The notes beneath the pieces are model-generated. The model made no database searches and was not told the origin of the DNA. It saw nothing but the letters and a program-made list of their open reading frames with translations. This document shows, piece by piece, positions 14,357 to 25,018 of a stretch of 64,000 bases of DNA; position 1 is the first letter of the stretch, and the number at the start of each line of letters is the position of its first letter. The position numbers were made by a program, and so were the translations under genes. Source of the stretch: Escherichia coli (GTDB taxonomy: Bacteria; Pseudomonadota; Gammaproteobacteria; Enterobacterales; Enterobacteriaceae); NCBI RefSeq assembly GCF_030013205.1, contig NZ_CP122648.1; one strand, written 5' to 3'.

Positions 14357-16621
14357 CTACCCGTTATCCACTGGCACGCCAAACCACTGATGATACCAAC
14401 GAGGTAAAATTTGCTCCCTGAGGCTGCTAATCCGCCAGCCTTGCGCTGAAAAATTGACCGTTATTTGCCCCTGATGAGGAGTATCAAGCCACGTATAACC
14501 CTGTTGTTGATAGCGATGTTTAACTTTGCTTGAGGGCAATCGCCATGCGTTATAGCGCGATGCCGATGCGAGTGCCACTTTTCCATTCACTCGCTGAATT
14601 AATGGTAACGATGATGAGGTATTACTGCCATGATGAGGTACCTGAAGTAATGTTGCCTGCATTTGCTGCCAGTAACGGCTTAGCATCTTTTGTTCAGCAG
14701 GGGCTTCAATATCACCGGTTAGAAGAATGCTATTCGTCCCGTCATCAACCTTAACCACACAGGAATGGTTATTTCCTTTATCGTTGCTACCTTGTAAAGG
14801 CCAGTGCGCGCTGAAACGCAATCCTTGCCATTGCCACGCTTCGCCACGCACACAGGGCTGATGATGTTCCCAGTTTAACGGACTTCTGATCCATAACATC
14901 GGCCATATATGCAATATTGAATCCAGCCCTCCCCGGTGATCCAGATGTTCATGGCTCAGAATAACGCCTTCCGGTTCAAGATTATGCCAGTGGAGCCAAG
15001 GGATAATCAGTTGTTGCCCACTATCTCCTTCAGGCCAGGCCATTCCCGTGTCATAGAGAATCGCTTTGCCGTTTCTGGCTATCACCATTGCCAGCCCTTG
15101 CCCGACATCAAGCATGTACACTTGCCACTCGTCAGGTCGAGGTTTTTGCCACAGCGGCCAGCACATCAGCAAGCCTACAGCCACACACATTGCTGGCAAC
15201 GTTCGCCAGGCGTTTAATCGCCATACCACCAGTAAGAACCATGGGGAAAATGTTAGCCATTGCCAACGTTCAGCAATGTTGATCCACCCTTCCGGCAAAC
15301 TCTTTAACCCCCAGAAAAGTAAAGCTAAAGACCGGTCGGCAAGAAACCATAATCCCTCTTCCAGGATTAACGGCCCGCTTAAATGCACAACCATAGCGGC
15401 GAGGATCAACGGAACCGTGATAAATGTCACCAAGGGAATTGCAAATAGATTTGCAATAAACGAGGTCAGACTAATGCCATGAAATATGACGATTTGCACG
15501 GGCATAAGCAGGAGGGTGATTCCCAGCTGCAGATGGATGAGGGAAACAACCGCGCGCAATACCGGCGGCAGTTGCCACTCCGGACAGGGAAACCACTGAT
15601 ACCAAAAAATCAGTGCCGCGACCGCAGCGGCAGAGAGCCATAAACTTTGCGAGAGAATGGCAACAGGATCCATCAGCAAAATTGCCGCCAGACAACATAT
15701 CCATACATCCCAGCCACTCCACTGTCGCCCACTTAACTTAAGCATTCCCCACGTAGCAAGCGCCACCACGGTACGAAATGCAGGAGGTTGCATTCCCGTC
15801 AGCCAGGCATAAAAAGCAGCACAGCAGATTCCGCCAATTAATGGCATTTGCCAGTGGATCCAGCGCCCAGGCAGAAAAATTTGTCCACTGCGAATGAGTC
15901 CGGCAGCCAGCAACGCCGCAAAAGCGATATGCAATCCCGATATCGCCATTAAATGCGCCGTTCCAGTATCGCGCATGATATTTTTGATTTCTTTGGGAAC
16001 GGATAACCGTTCCCCCATACCTAAACCAAGAATAACCGCATTCCACGGATAGGGTTGCAGCGTTGTTTGTAATGACGCCAGATACTGTGCACGCAGGCTA
16101 CAATTCGGTTCAATGACACTTGCCTGCAGAAAGCGGCCGGTCAGCGGCTGATGCTGGGCAATGGCATAACGCTGGCTATCAAAGCCGCCATCATTAAGTT
16201 GGCCATGAACTGCACGAACTTTGAGTTTCATTGACCACAGTTGTCCAGCACAAACCGCTTGCGGAAGATATTCGCCATACAGCACGAGGCCTGGCGCAGG
16301 GAATATACGTCGACCTTGTAGATGAGTAATTTGACCGTAATGAGTGGTCATACCGTCAGTAGCAGTGATCTCAACAATTGCATCCTGCGTCGCGCCAGTT
16401 AAGGTTTCTCCTGCCCACAAAATTTGCTTTGCTGCTAATATGCCCCAAACGAAAAACAGCAACGTCAGCGCGATATAACGGACAGTTTTAAAAGGGATAA
16501 ATACCAGTACGCAGGCGAAGACGGTCAGAGACGCAAGGGTTAATGTCCCAGGCAATTGGGGCAAAATCAGCAACGGAAAAATTCCGCAAATTATGCATAC
16601 GCCGACTGTCGTTATTTTCAT
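14357..16621 (-). CDS. ycaI: ComEC/Rec2-family inner membrane protein YcaI with metallo-beta-lactamase domain
   Basis: Polytopic membrane region plus HEHLDHRGG motif; start taken at MKITTVG (ORF extends to 16699). Confidence 0.88.
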   Translation of the reverse strand: MKITTVGVCIICGIFPLLILPQLPGTLTLASLTVFACVLVFIPFKTVRYIALTLLFFVWGILAAKQILWAGETLTGATQDAIVEITATDGMTTHYGQITHLQGRRIFPAPGLVLYGEYLPQAVCAGQLWSMKLKVRAVHGQLNDGGFDSQRYAIAQHQPLTGRFLQASVIEPNCSLRAQYLASLQTTLQPYPWNAVILGLGMGERLSVPKEIKNIMRDTGTAHLMAISGLHIAFAALLAAGLIRSGQIFLPGRWIHWQMPLIGGICCAAFYAWLTGMQPPAFRTVVALATWGMLKLSGRQWSGWDVWICCLAAILLMDPVAILSQSLWLSAAAVAALIFWYQWFPCPEWQLPPVLRAVVSLIHLQLGITLLLMPVQIVIFHGISLTSFIANLFAIPLVTFITVPLILAAMVVHLSGPLILEEGLWFLADRSLALLFWGLKSLPEGWINIAERWQWLTFSPWFLLVVWRLNAWRTLPAMCVAVGLLMCWPLWQKPRPDEWQVYMLDVGQGLAMVIARNGKAILYDTGMAWPEGDSGQQLIIPWLHWHNLEPEGVILSHEHLDHRGGLDSILHIWPMLWIRSPLNWEHHQPCVRGEAWQWQGLRFSAHWPLQGSNDKGNNHSCVVKVDDGTNSILLTGDIEAPAEQKMLSRYWQQMQATLLQVPHHGSNTSSSLPLIQRVNGKVALASASRYNAWRLPSSKVKHRYQQQGYTWLDTPHQGQITVNFSAQGWRISSLREQILPRWYHQWFGVPVDNG

Positions 16622-16782
16622 GCACCCCTCCCTGTTTATGGAAAGTGTGCAACTTTGTTGAGCGGTTGTCTGGTGGGAATTTTGCGTTCCCCGAGGCACG
16701 TTCAGAAGAATTTAACGAGAGGGTGAAAACTGCTCAAAACTCTGCGAGGCAGCTTCCAGTTCCAGATTAGAGAAATGAAAAA

Positions 16783-16799
16783 AGCACCCGACAGGTGCT
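16783..16799 (-). terminator. Bidirectional hairpin terminator downstream of ihfB
   Basis: AGCACC-CGACA-GGTGCT stem-loop flanked by an A-run and a T-run. Confidence 0.6.
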
Positions 16800-16827
16800 T
16801 TTCTCGCGTTCAAGTTTGAGTAAAAAC

Positions 16828-17112
16828 TTAACCGTAAATATTGGCGCGATCGCGCAGTTCTTTACCTGGTTTAAAGTGAGGAACGTATTTTCCTTCCAGT
16901 TCTACTTTATCGCCAGTCTTCGGATTACGTCCGGTACGTGGTGCGCGGTAGTGCAAAGAGAAACTGCCGAAACCGCGGATTTCAATACGCTCGCCCTGCG
17001 CAAGAGTCGAGGCCATATGCTCCAGCATCTCTTTTACTGCATCTTCAACCGTCTTGGCGGGAATGTGCGATTGCTGGGTGGCAAGTCTTTCTATCAATTC
17101 TGACTTGGTCAT
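16828..17112 (-). CDS. ihfB: Integration host factor beta subunit, 94 aa
   Basis: [11 protein letters not shown]... HU/IHF fold sequence, downstream of rpsA. Confidence 0.97.
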
Positions 17113-17271
17113 GATTCCTCCGGTTCCTTAAAGGCAAATTTAGCGGCTGCTGTTGCTGCATTGATTAAGGGCGGCCGTAGCCGCCCTTAGTGCTTGATTA
17201 CAGGACGAAACCTGCAATCTGTCAAGTAAACTCAACAAACTTCGGAATAAAAATCCCGAAGAGTCAGAGAA

Positions 17272-18945
17272 TTACTCGCCTTTAGCTGCTTTGAAAGCTT
17301 CAGCCATTGCGTTGTTGGAGAAGTTTGCATCTTCCTGTTTGTTAACAGTTGCGATTGCATCTTTCTCGTCAGCTTCGTCTTTCGCACGAACAGACAGGCT
17401 GATTGCGCGGTTTTTACGATCAACGCCGGTGAATTTAGCTTCAACTTCGTCGCCAACGCTCAGAACCAGGGTAGCGTCTTCAACGCGGTCACGGGATGCT
17501 TCAGAAGCACGCAGGTAACCTTCAACGCCGTCAGCCAGTTCTACGGTTGCGCCTTTAGCGTCAACTGCAGTTACTTTACCGGTTACGATAGCGCCTTTCT
17601 TGTTCAGAGCAACCCAGTTGTTGAACGGATCTTCTGCGAGCTGTTTAACGCCCAGGGAGATACGTTCACGTTCTGCGTCAACCTGCAGAACAACTGCAGC
17701 GATTTCGTCGCCTTTTTTGTATTCACGAACTGCTTCTTCGCCTGCAACGTTCCAGGAGATGTCAGACAGGTGAACCAGGCCGTCGATGCCGCCGTCCAGG
17801 CCGATGAAGATACCGAAGTCAGTGATAGACTTGATTTTACCTTCAACACGGTCACCCTTGTTGTGGGTTTCCGCGAACTGCTGCCACGGGTTAGCTTTGC
17901 ACTGTTTCAGACCCAGGGAGATACGACGACGTTCTTCGTCGATATCCAGAACCATAACTTCCACTACATCGCCAACGTTAACAACTTTGGACGGGTGGAT
18001 GTTTTTGTTGGTCCAATCCATTTCGGAAACGTGTACCAGGCCTTCAACGCCTTCTTCGATTTCAACGAAGCAGCCGTAGTCGGTCAGGTTGGTCACGCGA
18101 CCAGTCAGTTTGGTACCTTCCGGATAACGTTTAGCGATAGCTACCCACGGATCTTCACCCAGCTGTTTCAGGCCCAGGGATACACGGGTACGTTCGCGGT
18201 CGAACTTCAGCACTTTAACAGTGATTTCATCGCCAACGTTGACGATTTCGCTCGGATGCTTAACGCGTTTCCAGGCCATGTCAGTGATGTGCAGCAGGCC
18301 GTCAACGCCGCCCAGATCAACGAATGCACCGTAGTCAGTGAGGTTCTTAACGATACCTTTAACTTCCATGCCTTCCTGCAGGTTTTCCAGCAGCTGATCG
18401 CGCTCTGCGCTGTTTTCGGATTCGATAACGGCACGACGAGAAACAACAACGTTGTTGCGCTTCTGATCCAGCTTGATTACTTTGAATTCAAGCTCTTTGC
18501 CTTCCAGGTGCAGAGTGTCACGCACCGGACGAACGTCTACCAGAGAACCTGGCAGGAACGCACGAATACCGTTCAGCTCAACAGTGAAGCCGCCCTTAAC
18601 TTTGCCGTTGATAACACCGGTAACAGTTTCAGCATCTTCGTAAGCTTTTTCCAGCGTGATCCAGGCTTCGTGACGTTTAGCTTTCTCACGGGACAGCAGA
18701 GTTTCACCGAAGCCGTCTTCTACTGCGTCCAGAGCAACGTCAACTTCGTCACCTACCTGGATTTCCAGCTCGCCCTGGGCGTTTTTGAACTGCTCAGCCG
18801 GGATGGCGGACTCAGATTTCAGACCAGCGTCAACCAGTACTACGTCTTTGTCGATAGCAACAACAACGCCACGAACGATAGAACCCGGGCGGGTTTCGAT
18901 TTCTTTTAAGGACTCTTCAAAGAGTTGAGCAAAAGATTCAGTCAT
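17272..18945 (-). CDS. rpsA: 30S ribosomal protein S1, 557 aa
   Basis: Six S1 repeats; N-terminus [14 protein letters not shown]. Confidence 0.98.
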
Positions 18946-19055
18946 GTTTAATCTTCAGGTTTATATTTAACGTCCACCTGGCTCCATGCCGGATGGGGTT
19001 GTTTAACATACCCGCTGTCATTCCATTGCAACGGGGGTACTGCAAATTCGGTCGC

Positions 19056-19739
19056 TTATGCGAGAGCCAATTTCTGGCGCGCGTATTGTAGCGCTTTTTC
19101 AATCACTTGCTCAATGCTTAAGGTGGTGGAATCCAACACTAAAGCATCGGCTGCCGGAACCAGTGGCGCTACCGCTCGGTTACGATCGCGGTCGTCGCGT
19201 TCTTTGATCTCGGCCAAAAGGCGCTCAAAGTTAACACTAAAGCCCTTCTCCTGCAACTGTAGCATGCGGCGATGCGCACGTTCTTCCGAGGAGGCGTCAA
19301 GGAAAATTTTCACTGGCGCATCAGGGAATACCACCGTTCCCATATCGCGGCCATCGGCAATCAAGCCTGGTAATTCGCGAAACGCGCGTTGGCGACGCAA
19401 TAATGCTTCACGAACGCGTGGGAATGCCGCGACTTGTGAAGCAGCATTCGCCACTTCCTGAGTACGAATTTCGCCGCTGACATCTTCCCCTTCGAGGATC
19501 ACTTCCAGATTGCCATTGGTCGACACAAAACGTACATCCAGATGGGATGCCAGCGGCACGAGCGCATCTTCCGATGCAACATCAACATGGTGATGTAATG
19601 CCGCCAGTGCCAGTACGCGATAAATTGCACCCGAGTCCAGCAGATGCCATTGCAACGCTTCCGCCATAGCCTTACACAAGGTGCCTTTCCCTGCACCGCT
19701 TGGGCCATCAATGGTAATAACCGGGGCAATTGCCGTCAT
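19056..19739 (-). CDS. cmk: Cytidylate kinase, 227 aa
   Basis: P-loop [13 protein letters not shown]. Confidence 0.97.
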
Positions 19740-19911
19740 CTTTATCTCCTTAAAACAGGCGTACCGTTAACATAACCGCGCGCATTATACGCGCCGACGC
19801 CACAAATCGTTAACGTTGTGTGCAAAAACCAGTTTTGTCTGTATTCAGATGGGGATTTATTGCGCAATTATAGCGGGCTGGCAGAAGACCAGCCCGAAAG
19901 ATGACAATGAT

Positions 19912-20676
19912 TTACTTACCAGAGGCGATACGATCACGGATGTGTTGCGCACGCTCTGTTGATGGTGGGTGAGAGTCAAACATGGACTGGGTACGACCGC
20001 CATCCAGGCTGGCCAATTTTTCAAAGCTGCCAACCAGCCCCTGGGTGCTGATGCCACGTTTCTTCAACAGTTCAAAGGAGAAATCATCTGCTTCGGACTC
20101 TTTATCGCGGGAGTATTTAGCATTGATCGCGCCTTCTGCGATATCACCTAATTGTGAGCGAGAAAGCTGGGAAGCCACACCGCTGGTAGCGGAAATCGCA
20201 TCACGTGCGGCAACGATCGCATAAGAAGCTTTCATTTCAGCCAGCGAGTGACCCAACGCGACGTGGCCCAGTTCATGACCCAGAACGCCTTCAATTTCGT
20301 TGTCGTTCATCATGTCCATCAGGCCACTGTAGACACGAACACAGCCGTTCGCCATCGCCCATGCGTTGACGTCGCTGGTCATATAAACCTTATAGTTGAC
20401 CGGCGTGCCATTAATATTGTTACCCAATGCTTTGGCGATTTTTGCCAGACGTTTACCGTACTTGCTGGATTTACTTGCGACTTGATTGCCGCTGTCCATT
20501 TCGGCACAGCCCTGATTGGCAATCGCTTTTGCATCAGCATCGCTTAACGTTGCTGCTTTATAGGCATTTAAACCTGAGCTGATAGCCATATTGGTATCAA
20601 TACCGTGGGTATTTTGACACCCTGTCAGTAATGCTGCAGAAGCCGCAATCGCCAGCAGTAATTTAGTATTCTTCAT
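19912..20676 (-). CDS. ycaL: Lipoprotein metalloprotease YcaL (M48 family)
   Basis: Lipobox LLTGC and HELGH zinc motif; start taken at MKNTKLL. Confidence 0.9.
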   Translation of the reverse strand: MKNTKLLLAIAASAALLTGCQNTHGIDTNMAISSGLNAYKAATLSDADAKAIANQGCAEMDSGNQVASKSSKYGKRLAKIAKALGNNINGTPVNYKVYMTSDVNAWAMANGCVRVYSGLMDMMNDNEIEGVLGHELGHVALGHSLAEMKASYAIVAARDAISATSGVASQLSRSQLGDIAEGAINAKYSRDKESEADDFSFELLKKRGISTQGLVGSFEKLASLDGGRTQSMFDSHPPSTERAQHIRDRIASGK

Positions 20677-20789
20677 GTGAATCATCCGTTGATTAATCAT
20701 ATATAAATATTATGTATCAACAACTTACATTGACAAGCGACGCTACCATTAATCAAAATGACTCACAAGGTCCGAATAAATATCCTCCG

Positions 20790-21520
20790 GCATAGCCGGA
20801 GGTTTTTCAAATGCGCCTATAAGGCTCTCTTACCAGCCGCGCCCTAACAGGCGCACACGATCTGACATTTGCATCCAACTTCGTTACTTACGGCCCGTAA
20901 ACGGGCTGCCCGGATAGGGAATCGATAACTGCTCTCCCATTTTATCCTCTTCAAGCTGGTGCTTTATGTAATCCTGTATCTTCGCCGTGTTCTTACCCAC
21001 CGTATCGACGTAGTACCCTCTGCACCAGAACTCTCTGTTCCTGTATTTGAATTTCAAATCACCAAACTGCTCGTAAAGCATCAGACTGCTTTTCCCTTTC
21101 AGATATCCCATAAAGCCGGATACGCTCATTTTGGGCGGGATCTCCACAAGCATATGGATATGATCTGCACAGCATTCAGCTTCAAGAATCCGTACGCTTT
21201 TCCACTCACACAGCTTTCTCAAAATACTGCCTATTGCTCTACGCTTCTCTCTGTAGAACACTTGTCTTCGGTATTTTGGCGCAAAAACTATGTGATATTT
21301 ACAGTTCCATCGGGTGTGCGCTAAGCTCTTTTCGTTCCCCATTGGGACCCCCTTTTGATTTCTTGTTTGACACTTGCAGTTGCCAGACCGCAAGGTGTTT
21401 TAACAAATCAAAAGGGGTTTTAATAACTGGCTCAAAGCTGAAAGCTTTCCGGAACCCCCAGCCTAGCTGGGGGTTTTCTGTGCACAAAAAAAACGCCGAC
21501 AATGTGCCGACGTTTTGATA
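20790..21520 (-). mobile_element. IS200-type insertion sequence (IS200/IS605 family); boundaries approximate
   Basis: The ycaL-aroA spacer is ~880 bp and contains a Y1 transposase ORF with flanking hairpins (e.g. CCCCCAGCCTAGCTGGGGG at ~21463-21485); ends not mapped precisely. Confidence 0.6.
20884..21342 (-). CDS. tnpA: IS200 transposase TnpA (HuH/Y1 single-strand transposase), 152 aa
   Basis: MGNEKSLAHTRWNCKYHIVFAPKYRR...ADHIHML (HuH motif)...; near-identical to recalled IS200 TnpA. Confidence 0.9.
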   Translation of the reverse strand: MGNEKSLAHTRWNCKYHIVFAPKYRRQVFYREKRRAIGSILRKLCEWKSVRILEAECCADHIHMLVEIPPKMSVSGFMGYLKGKSSLMLYEQFGDLKFKYRNREFWCRGYYVDTVGKNTAKIQDYIKHQLEEDKMGEQLSIPYPGSPFTGRK

Positions 21521-21555
21521 AAGAAAGATTTGGCTATTTATTGCCCGTTGTTCAT

Positions 21556-22839
21556 TCAGGCTGCCTGGCTAATCCGCGCCAGCTGCTCGAAATAATCCGG
21601 AAATGTTTTGGCCGTACATTTGGGATCAAGAATCGTCACTGGTGTATCTGACAACGCCACCAGCGAGAAACACATCGCCATCCGGTGATCATTGTATGTC
21701 GCGATCTCGGCAAAGTTCAGTTTTTCCGGTGGAGTGATACGAATGTAATCGTGCCCCTCTTCTACTTCCGCACCAACTTTACGCAGTTCTGTTGCCATCG
21801 CAAACAGGCGATCGGTCTCTTTAACACGCCAGTTATAGATATTGCGCAGCGTGGTGGTGCCTTTTGCAAATAACGCCGCCGTGGCAATGGTCATCGCCGC
21901 ATCGGGAATATGGTTCATATCCATATCAATAGCGTTCAGTTCACCACGCGTGCAGGAAATATAATCGTCGCCCCAGCAAATAGTCGCGCCCATTTTTTCC
22001 AGCACATCAGCAAAGCGAATATCACCCTGCATACTGTTGCGTCCAATGCCGGTCACTTTTACAGTGCCGCCTCTGATTGCTGCTGCTGCCAGGAAGTAAG
22101 AAGCCGAAGATGCATCGCCTTCGACCAAATAAGTACCCGGAGACTGATAAGACTGCCCGCCTTTTACGACAAATTGTTGATAGTGCTGATTTTCAATTTC
22201 AACACCAAACGTCTTCATCAGATTGAGTGTGATGTCGATATAAGGTTTAGAAACCAGATCGCCTTTAATACGAATAACCGTATCTTCCGGCGCAAGAGGC
22301 GCAGTCATTAATAGTGCGGTGAGGAACTGGCTGGAAACGGAGCCATCAACGTCAACGTTGCCGCCAGTAAAGCTGCCCTGTAAACGCAATGGCGGATAAT
22401 TTTCTTGTTCCAGGTAAGTGATCTTCGCCCCGCCCAGGCGCAGCGCATCCACCAGATGACCAATCGGGCGCTCTTTCATACGCGGCTCACCAGTCAGCAC
22501 AATATCATTGCTACCCAGACAAAGAGCTGCCGCCAGCGGGCGCATTGCCGTTCCGGCGTTTCCGAGGAACAACTCCAGGGCACCTTCTGCGTGTAATGGA
22601 CCGCCGTTACCGATAATTTCGCAACGCGTACGATCAGCTGAAAGCGTATAGCTTACCCCTAACGCTGCTAATGCATTCAGCATATGGCGCACGTCATCGC
22701 TATCCAGCAGATTGGTTAATACTGTTTTGCCGTGTGCTAATGCCGCCAGCAATAAAGCGCGGTTAGAAACGCTCTTGGAACCGGGCAGATTAATAGTGCC
22801 ATCGACACGAGCGATGGGTTGTAACGTCAGGGATTCCAT
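21556..22839 (-). CDS. aroA: 3-phosphoshikimate 1-carboxyvinyltransferase (EPSP synthase), 427 aa
   Basis: [23 protein letters not shown]... canonical AroA. Confidence 0.98.
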   Translation of the reverse strand: MESLTLQPIARVDGTINLPGSKSVSNRALLLAALAHGKTVLTNLLDSDDVRHMLNALAALGVSYTLSADRTRCEIIGNGGPLHAEGALELFLGNAGTAMRPLAAALCLGSNDIVLTGEPRMKERPIGHLVDALRLGGAKITYLEQENYPPLRLQGSFTGGNVDVDGSVSSQFLTALLMTAPLAPEDTVIRIKGDLVSKPYIDITLNLMKTFGVEIENQHYQQFVVKGGQSYQSPGTYLVEGDASSASYFLAAAAIRGGTVKVTGIGRNSMQGDIRFADVLEKMGATICWGDDYISCTRGELNAIDMDMNHIPDAAMTIATAALFAKGTTTLRNIYNWRVKETDRLFAMATELRKVGAEVEEGHDYIRITPPEKLNFAEIATYNDHRMAMCFSLVALSDTPVTILDPKCTAKTFPDYFEQLARISQAA

Positions 22840-22860
22840 GAACTCAACTCTCTACAACAG

Positions 22861-22890
22861 AAATAAAAACCCCACAGGCTGGCTGTGGGG
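22861..22890 (-). terminator. serC-aroA intercistronic hairpin with T-run (attenuator/partial terminator)
   Basis: CCCCACAGCC-AGC-CTGTGGGG followed by TTTTTATTT on the minus strand, between the serC stop and aroA start. Confidence 0.55.
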
Positions 22891-22909
22891 ATTAAGCAAA
22901 ATTTCGGCA

Positions 22910-23998
22910 TTAGCCGTGACGGCGTTCGAACTCAATCATGAAGTCTGTCAGCGCTTTAACGCCTTCCAGTGGCATGGCGTTATAAATGGACGCACGCATT
23001 CCGCCGACCACACGGTGACCTTTCAGTGCATGAAGGCCAGCAGCAAAAGACTCTTCAAGGAACAATTTGTCAAGCGCACTGTCCGCCAACTGGAACGGCA
23101 CGTTCATCCGCGAACGGTTAGCTTTCGCCACGTCATTGCGGTAGAAATCGCTGTTATCAATCACCCCATACAGCAGTTCTGCTTTTTGCTGATTGATTTT
23201 ATCCATTTCAGCTACACCGCCGTTCGCTTTCAGCCATTTAAAGACCAGACCAGACAGATACCAGGCAAATGTCGGCGGCGTGTTAAACATGGAGCCGTTA
23301 TCGTTGAGGATGGAATAATCCAGAATCGACGGACACGCGATATTCGCTTTGCCCAGCAAATCTTCACGAACGATGACGATTGTCAGGCCTGCCGGGCCGA
23401 TATTTTTCTGCGCGCCAGCGTAAATCACGCCATAACGGCTGACGTCAATCGGACGGGAAAGAATGGTTGAAGAGAAGTCGGCGGCGACCACCACATCTTT
23501 GCCGAAGTCTGGCGTTTCGTCGATGGCGATACCGTCGATAGTTTCATTCGGGCAATAATGCATATAAGCAGCATTATCAGAGAGTTGCCATTCACGCATT
23601 GGTTTAACCGCGCGCAGACCATCAACAGTCACTTTGGCGTCAAAGACATTAGGCGTGCAGTATTTTTTCGCTTCTTTAATGGCACTTGCCGCCCAGTAAC
23701 CGGCATCAACATAATCTGCAGTGGTTTTATCACCGAGAATATTCAGCGGAACAGCAGCAAACTGACCGCGACCGCCGCCATGGCAGAACAATACCTTGTA
23801 GTTGGAGGGGACATTAAGAAGATCGCGAAAATCCTTCTCGGCTTCCTCTGCAACCTGAATGAACTCTTTGCCACGGTGACTCACTTCCATCACCGACGTA
23901 CCAAGACCGTTCCAGTCGCGCAGTTCCTGTTGAGCCTGTTTAAGCACCTCTGCCGGTAGCATTGCCGGACCAGAACTAAAATTGAAGATTTGAGCCAT
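22910..23998 (-). CDS. serC: Phosphoserine aminotransferase, 362 aa
   Basis: [15 protein letters not shown]... canonical SerC. Confidence 0.98.
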   Translation of the reverse strand: MAQIFNFSSGPAMLPAEVLKQAQQELRDWNGLGTSVMEVSHRGKEFIQVAEEAEKDFRDLLNVPSNYKVLFCHGGGRGQFAAVPLNILGDKTTADYVDAGYWAASAIKEAKKYCTPNVFDAKVTVDGLRAVKPMREWQLSDNAAYMHYCPNETIDGIAIDETPDFGKDVVVAADFSSTILSRPIDVSRYGVIYAGAQKNIGPAGLTIVIVREDLLGKANIACPSILDYSILNDNGSMFNTPPTFAWYLSGLVFKWLKANGGVAEMDKINQQKAELLYGVIDNSDFYRNDVAKANRSRMNVPFQLADSALDKLFLEESFAAGLHALKGHRVVGGMRASIYNAMPLEGVKALTDFMIEFERRHG

Positions 23999-24196
23999 TT
24001 CCCCTCACCACGTTGCGTTGCTATTAACCCGCGGTCAATCGATTGCGACCACAGGTAATACATTATTCCTGTGGCTATCGGTTTTATCATTCAGTGACAC
24101 ACATCGCAATGAGTAAAACCGTTGAGGGCAAAAATGTGGCTTGCATCACACAAAAGAATCTCTCGGATTATTAGCAAAAAGCCGATGTTTTTACTG

Positions 24197-24889
24197 TCAC
24201 GTCACCCGTTTTGCCCGACTTGCCTTCGTCCATTCTGGATTTGCACAGCGCGGACATAATTGTTTTTCCCCCGCGTTCATATGAATGATTTCACTGCAAC
24301 GAATGCAGGCATAGTCCGCCGACTCCGGCACCACTTTGTAACGCTGAGTACAATCACTGGGTAAAATAAGTAAACCCGGTTTCACCTTGTCATCTTCAAA
24401 GAAATAGACACTGATTTGCCCGTTGGTTTCGAGAATCGCCAGACGTACCTGCCCCAACTGCTCTACACCGCGCAATCGTAGCTCCATAAAGAACTCAAAT
24501 TCCGTCATGTTGGAGTTATTGAGTTTTGACCAGGCCAGCTCGCCATCTTCAATAATGACAACCGGCTTGCCTTCCAGAAGATCTTCCAGTTTTTCACTGT
24601 GCGCCATCAACCACATTACCAGGCGGTATAACAACGCCAGAGTAATAAAGACGATAAGTACCGGGACCATCGGCACATCATCATAAAACGCCACATCTCC
24701 CGCCGCTGATCCCAGCGTCAGAATGATTAACACTTCAAAAAGCGACATCTGCCGCACACCGCGTCTTCCGGTCATTTTGAGGAACAAAAAAACCAGTACA
24801 AAGGTATAAAGACTACGTAGTGCCACTTCGCCAAGGAAATCAAAAGGCACTTTATCAAATGCCATACGGTGGAGATCGAACGCCTTCAT
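24197..24889 (-). CDS. ycaP: Inner membrane protein YcaP (DUF421), 230 aa
   Basis: Full ORF with TM helices at the conserved position. Confidence 0.85.
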   Translation of the reverse strand: MKAFDLHRMAFDKVPFDFLGEVALRSLYTFVLVFLFLKMTGRRGVRQMSLFEVLIILTLGSAAGDVAFYDDVPMVPVLIVFITLALLYRLVMWLMAHSEKLEDLLEGKPVVIIEDGELAWSKLNNSNMTEFEFFMELRLRGVEQLGQVRLAILETNGQISVYFFEDDKVKPGLLILPSDCTQRYKVVPESADYACIRCSEIIHMNAGEKQLCPRCANPEWTKASRAKRVT

Positions 24890-25018
24890 TTTTATGCTCT
24901 TATCGTGGTTTATCCACTAAAAGCATAGTCAACAGTTCATCGGCATGGCGGCGGTGATAGCGCCTTTGAGATAAAACCCGTATTATTGCGCGCTTTCCGT
25001 ACGACTAAAGTGATTTTC

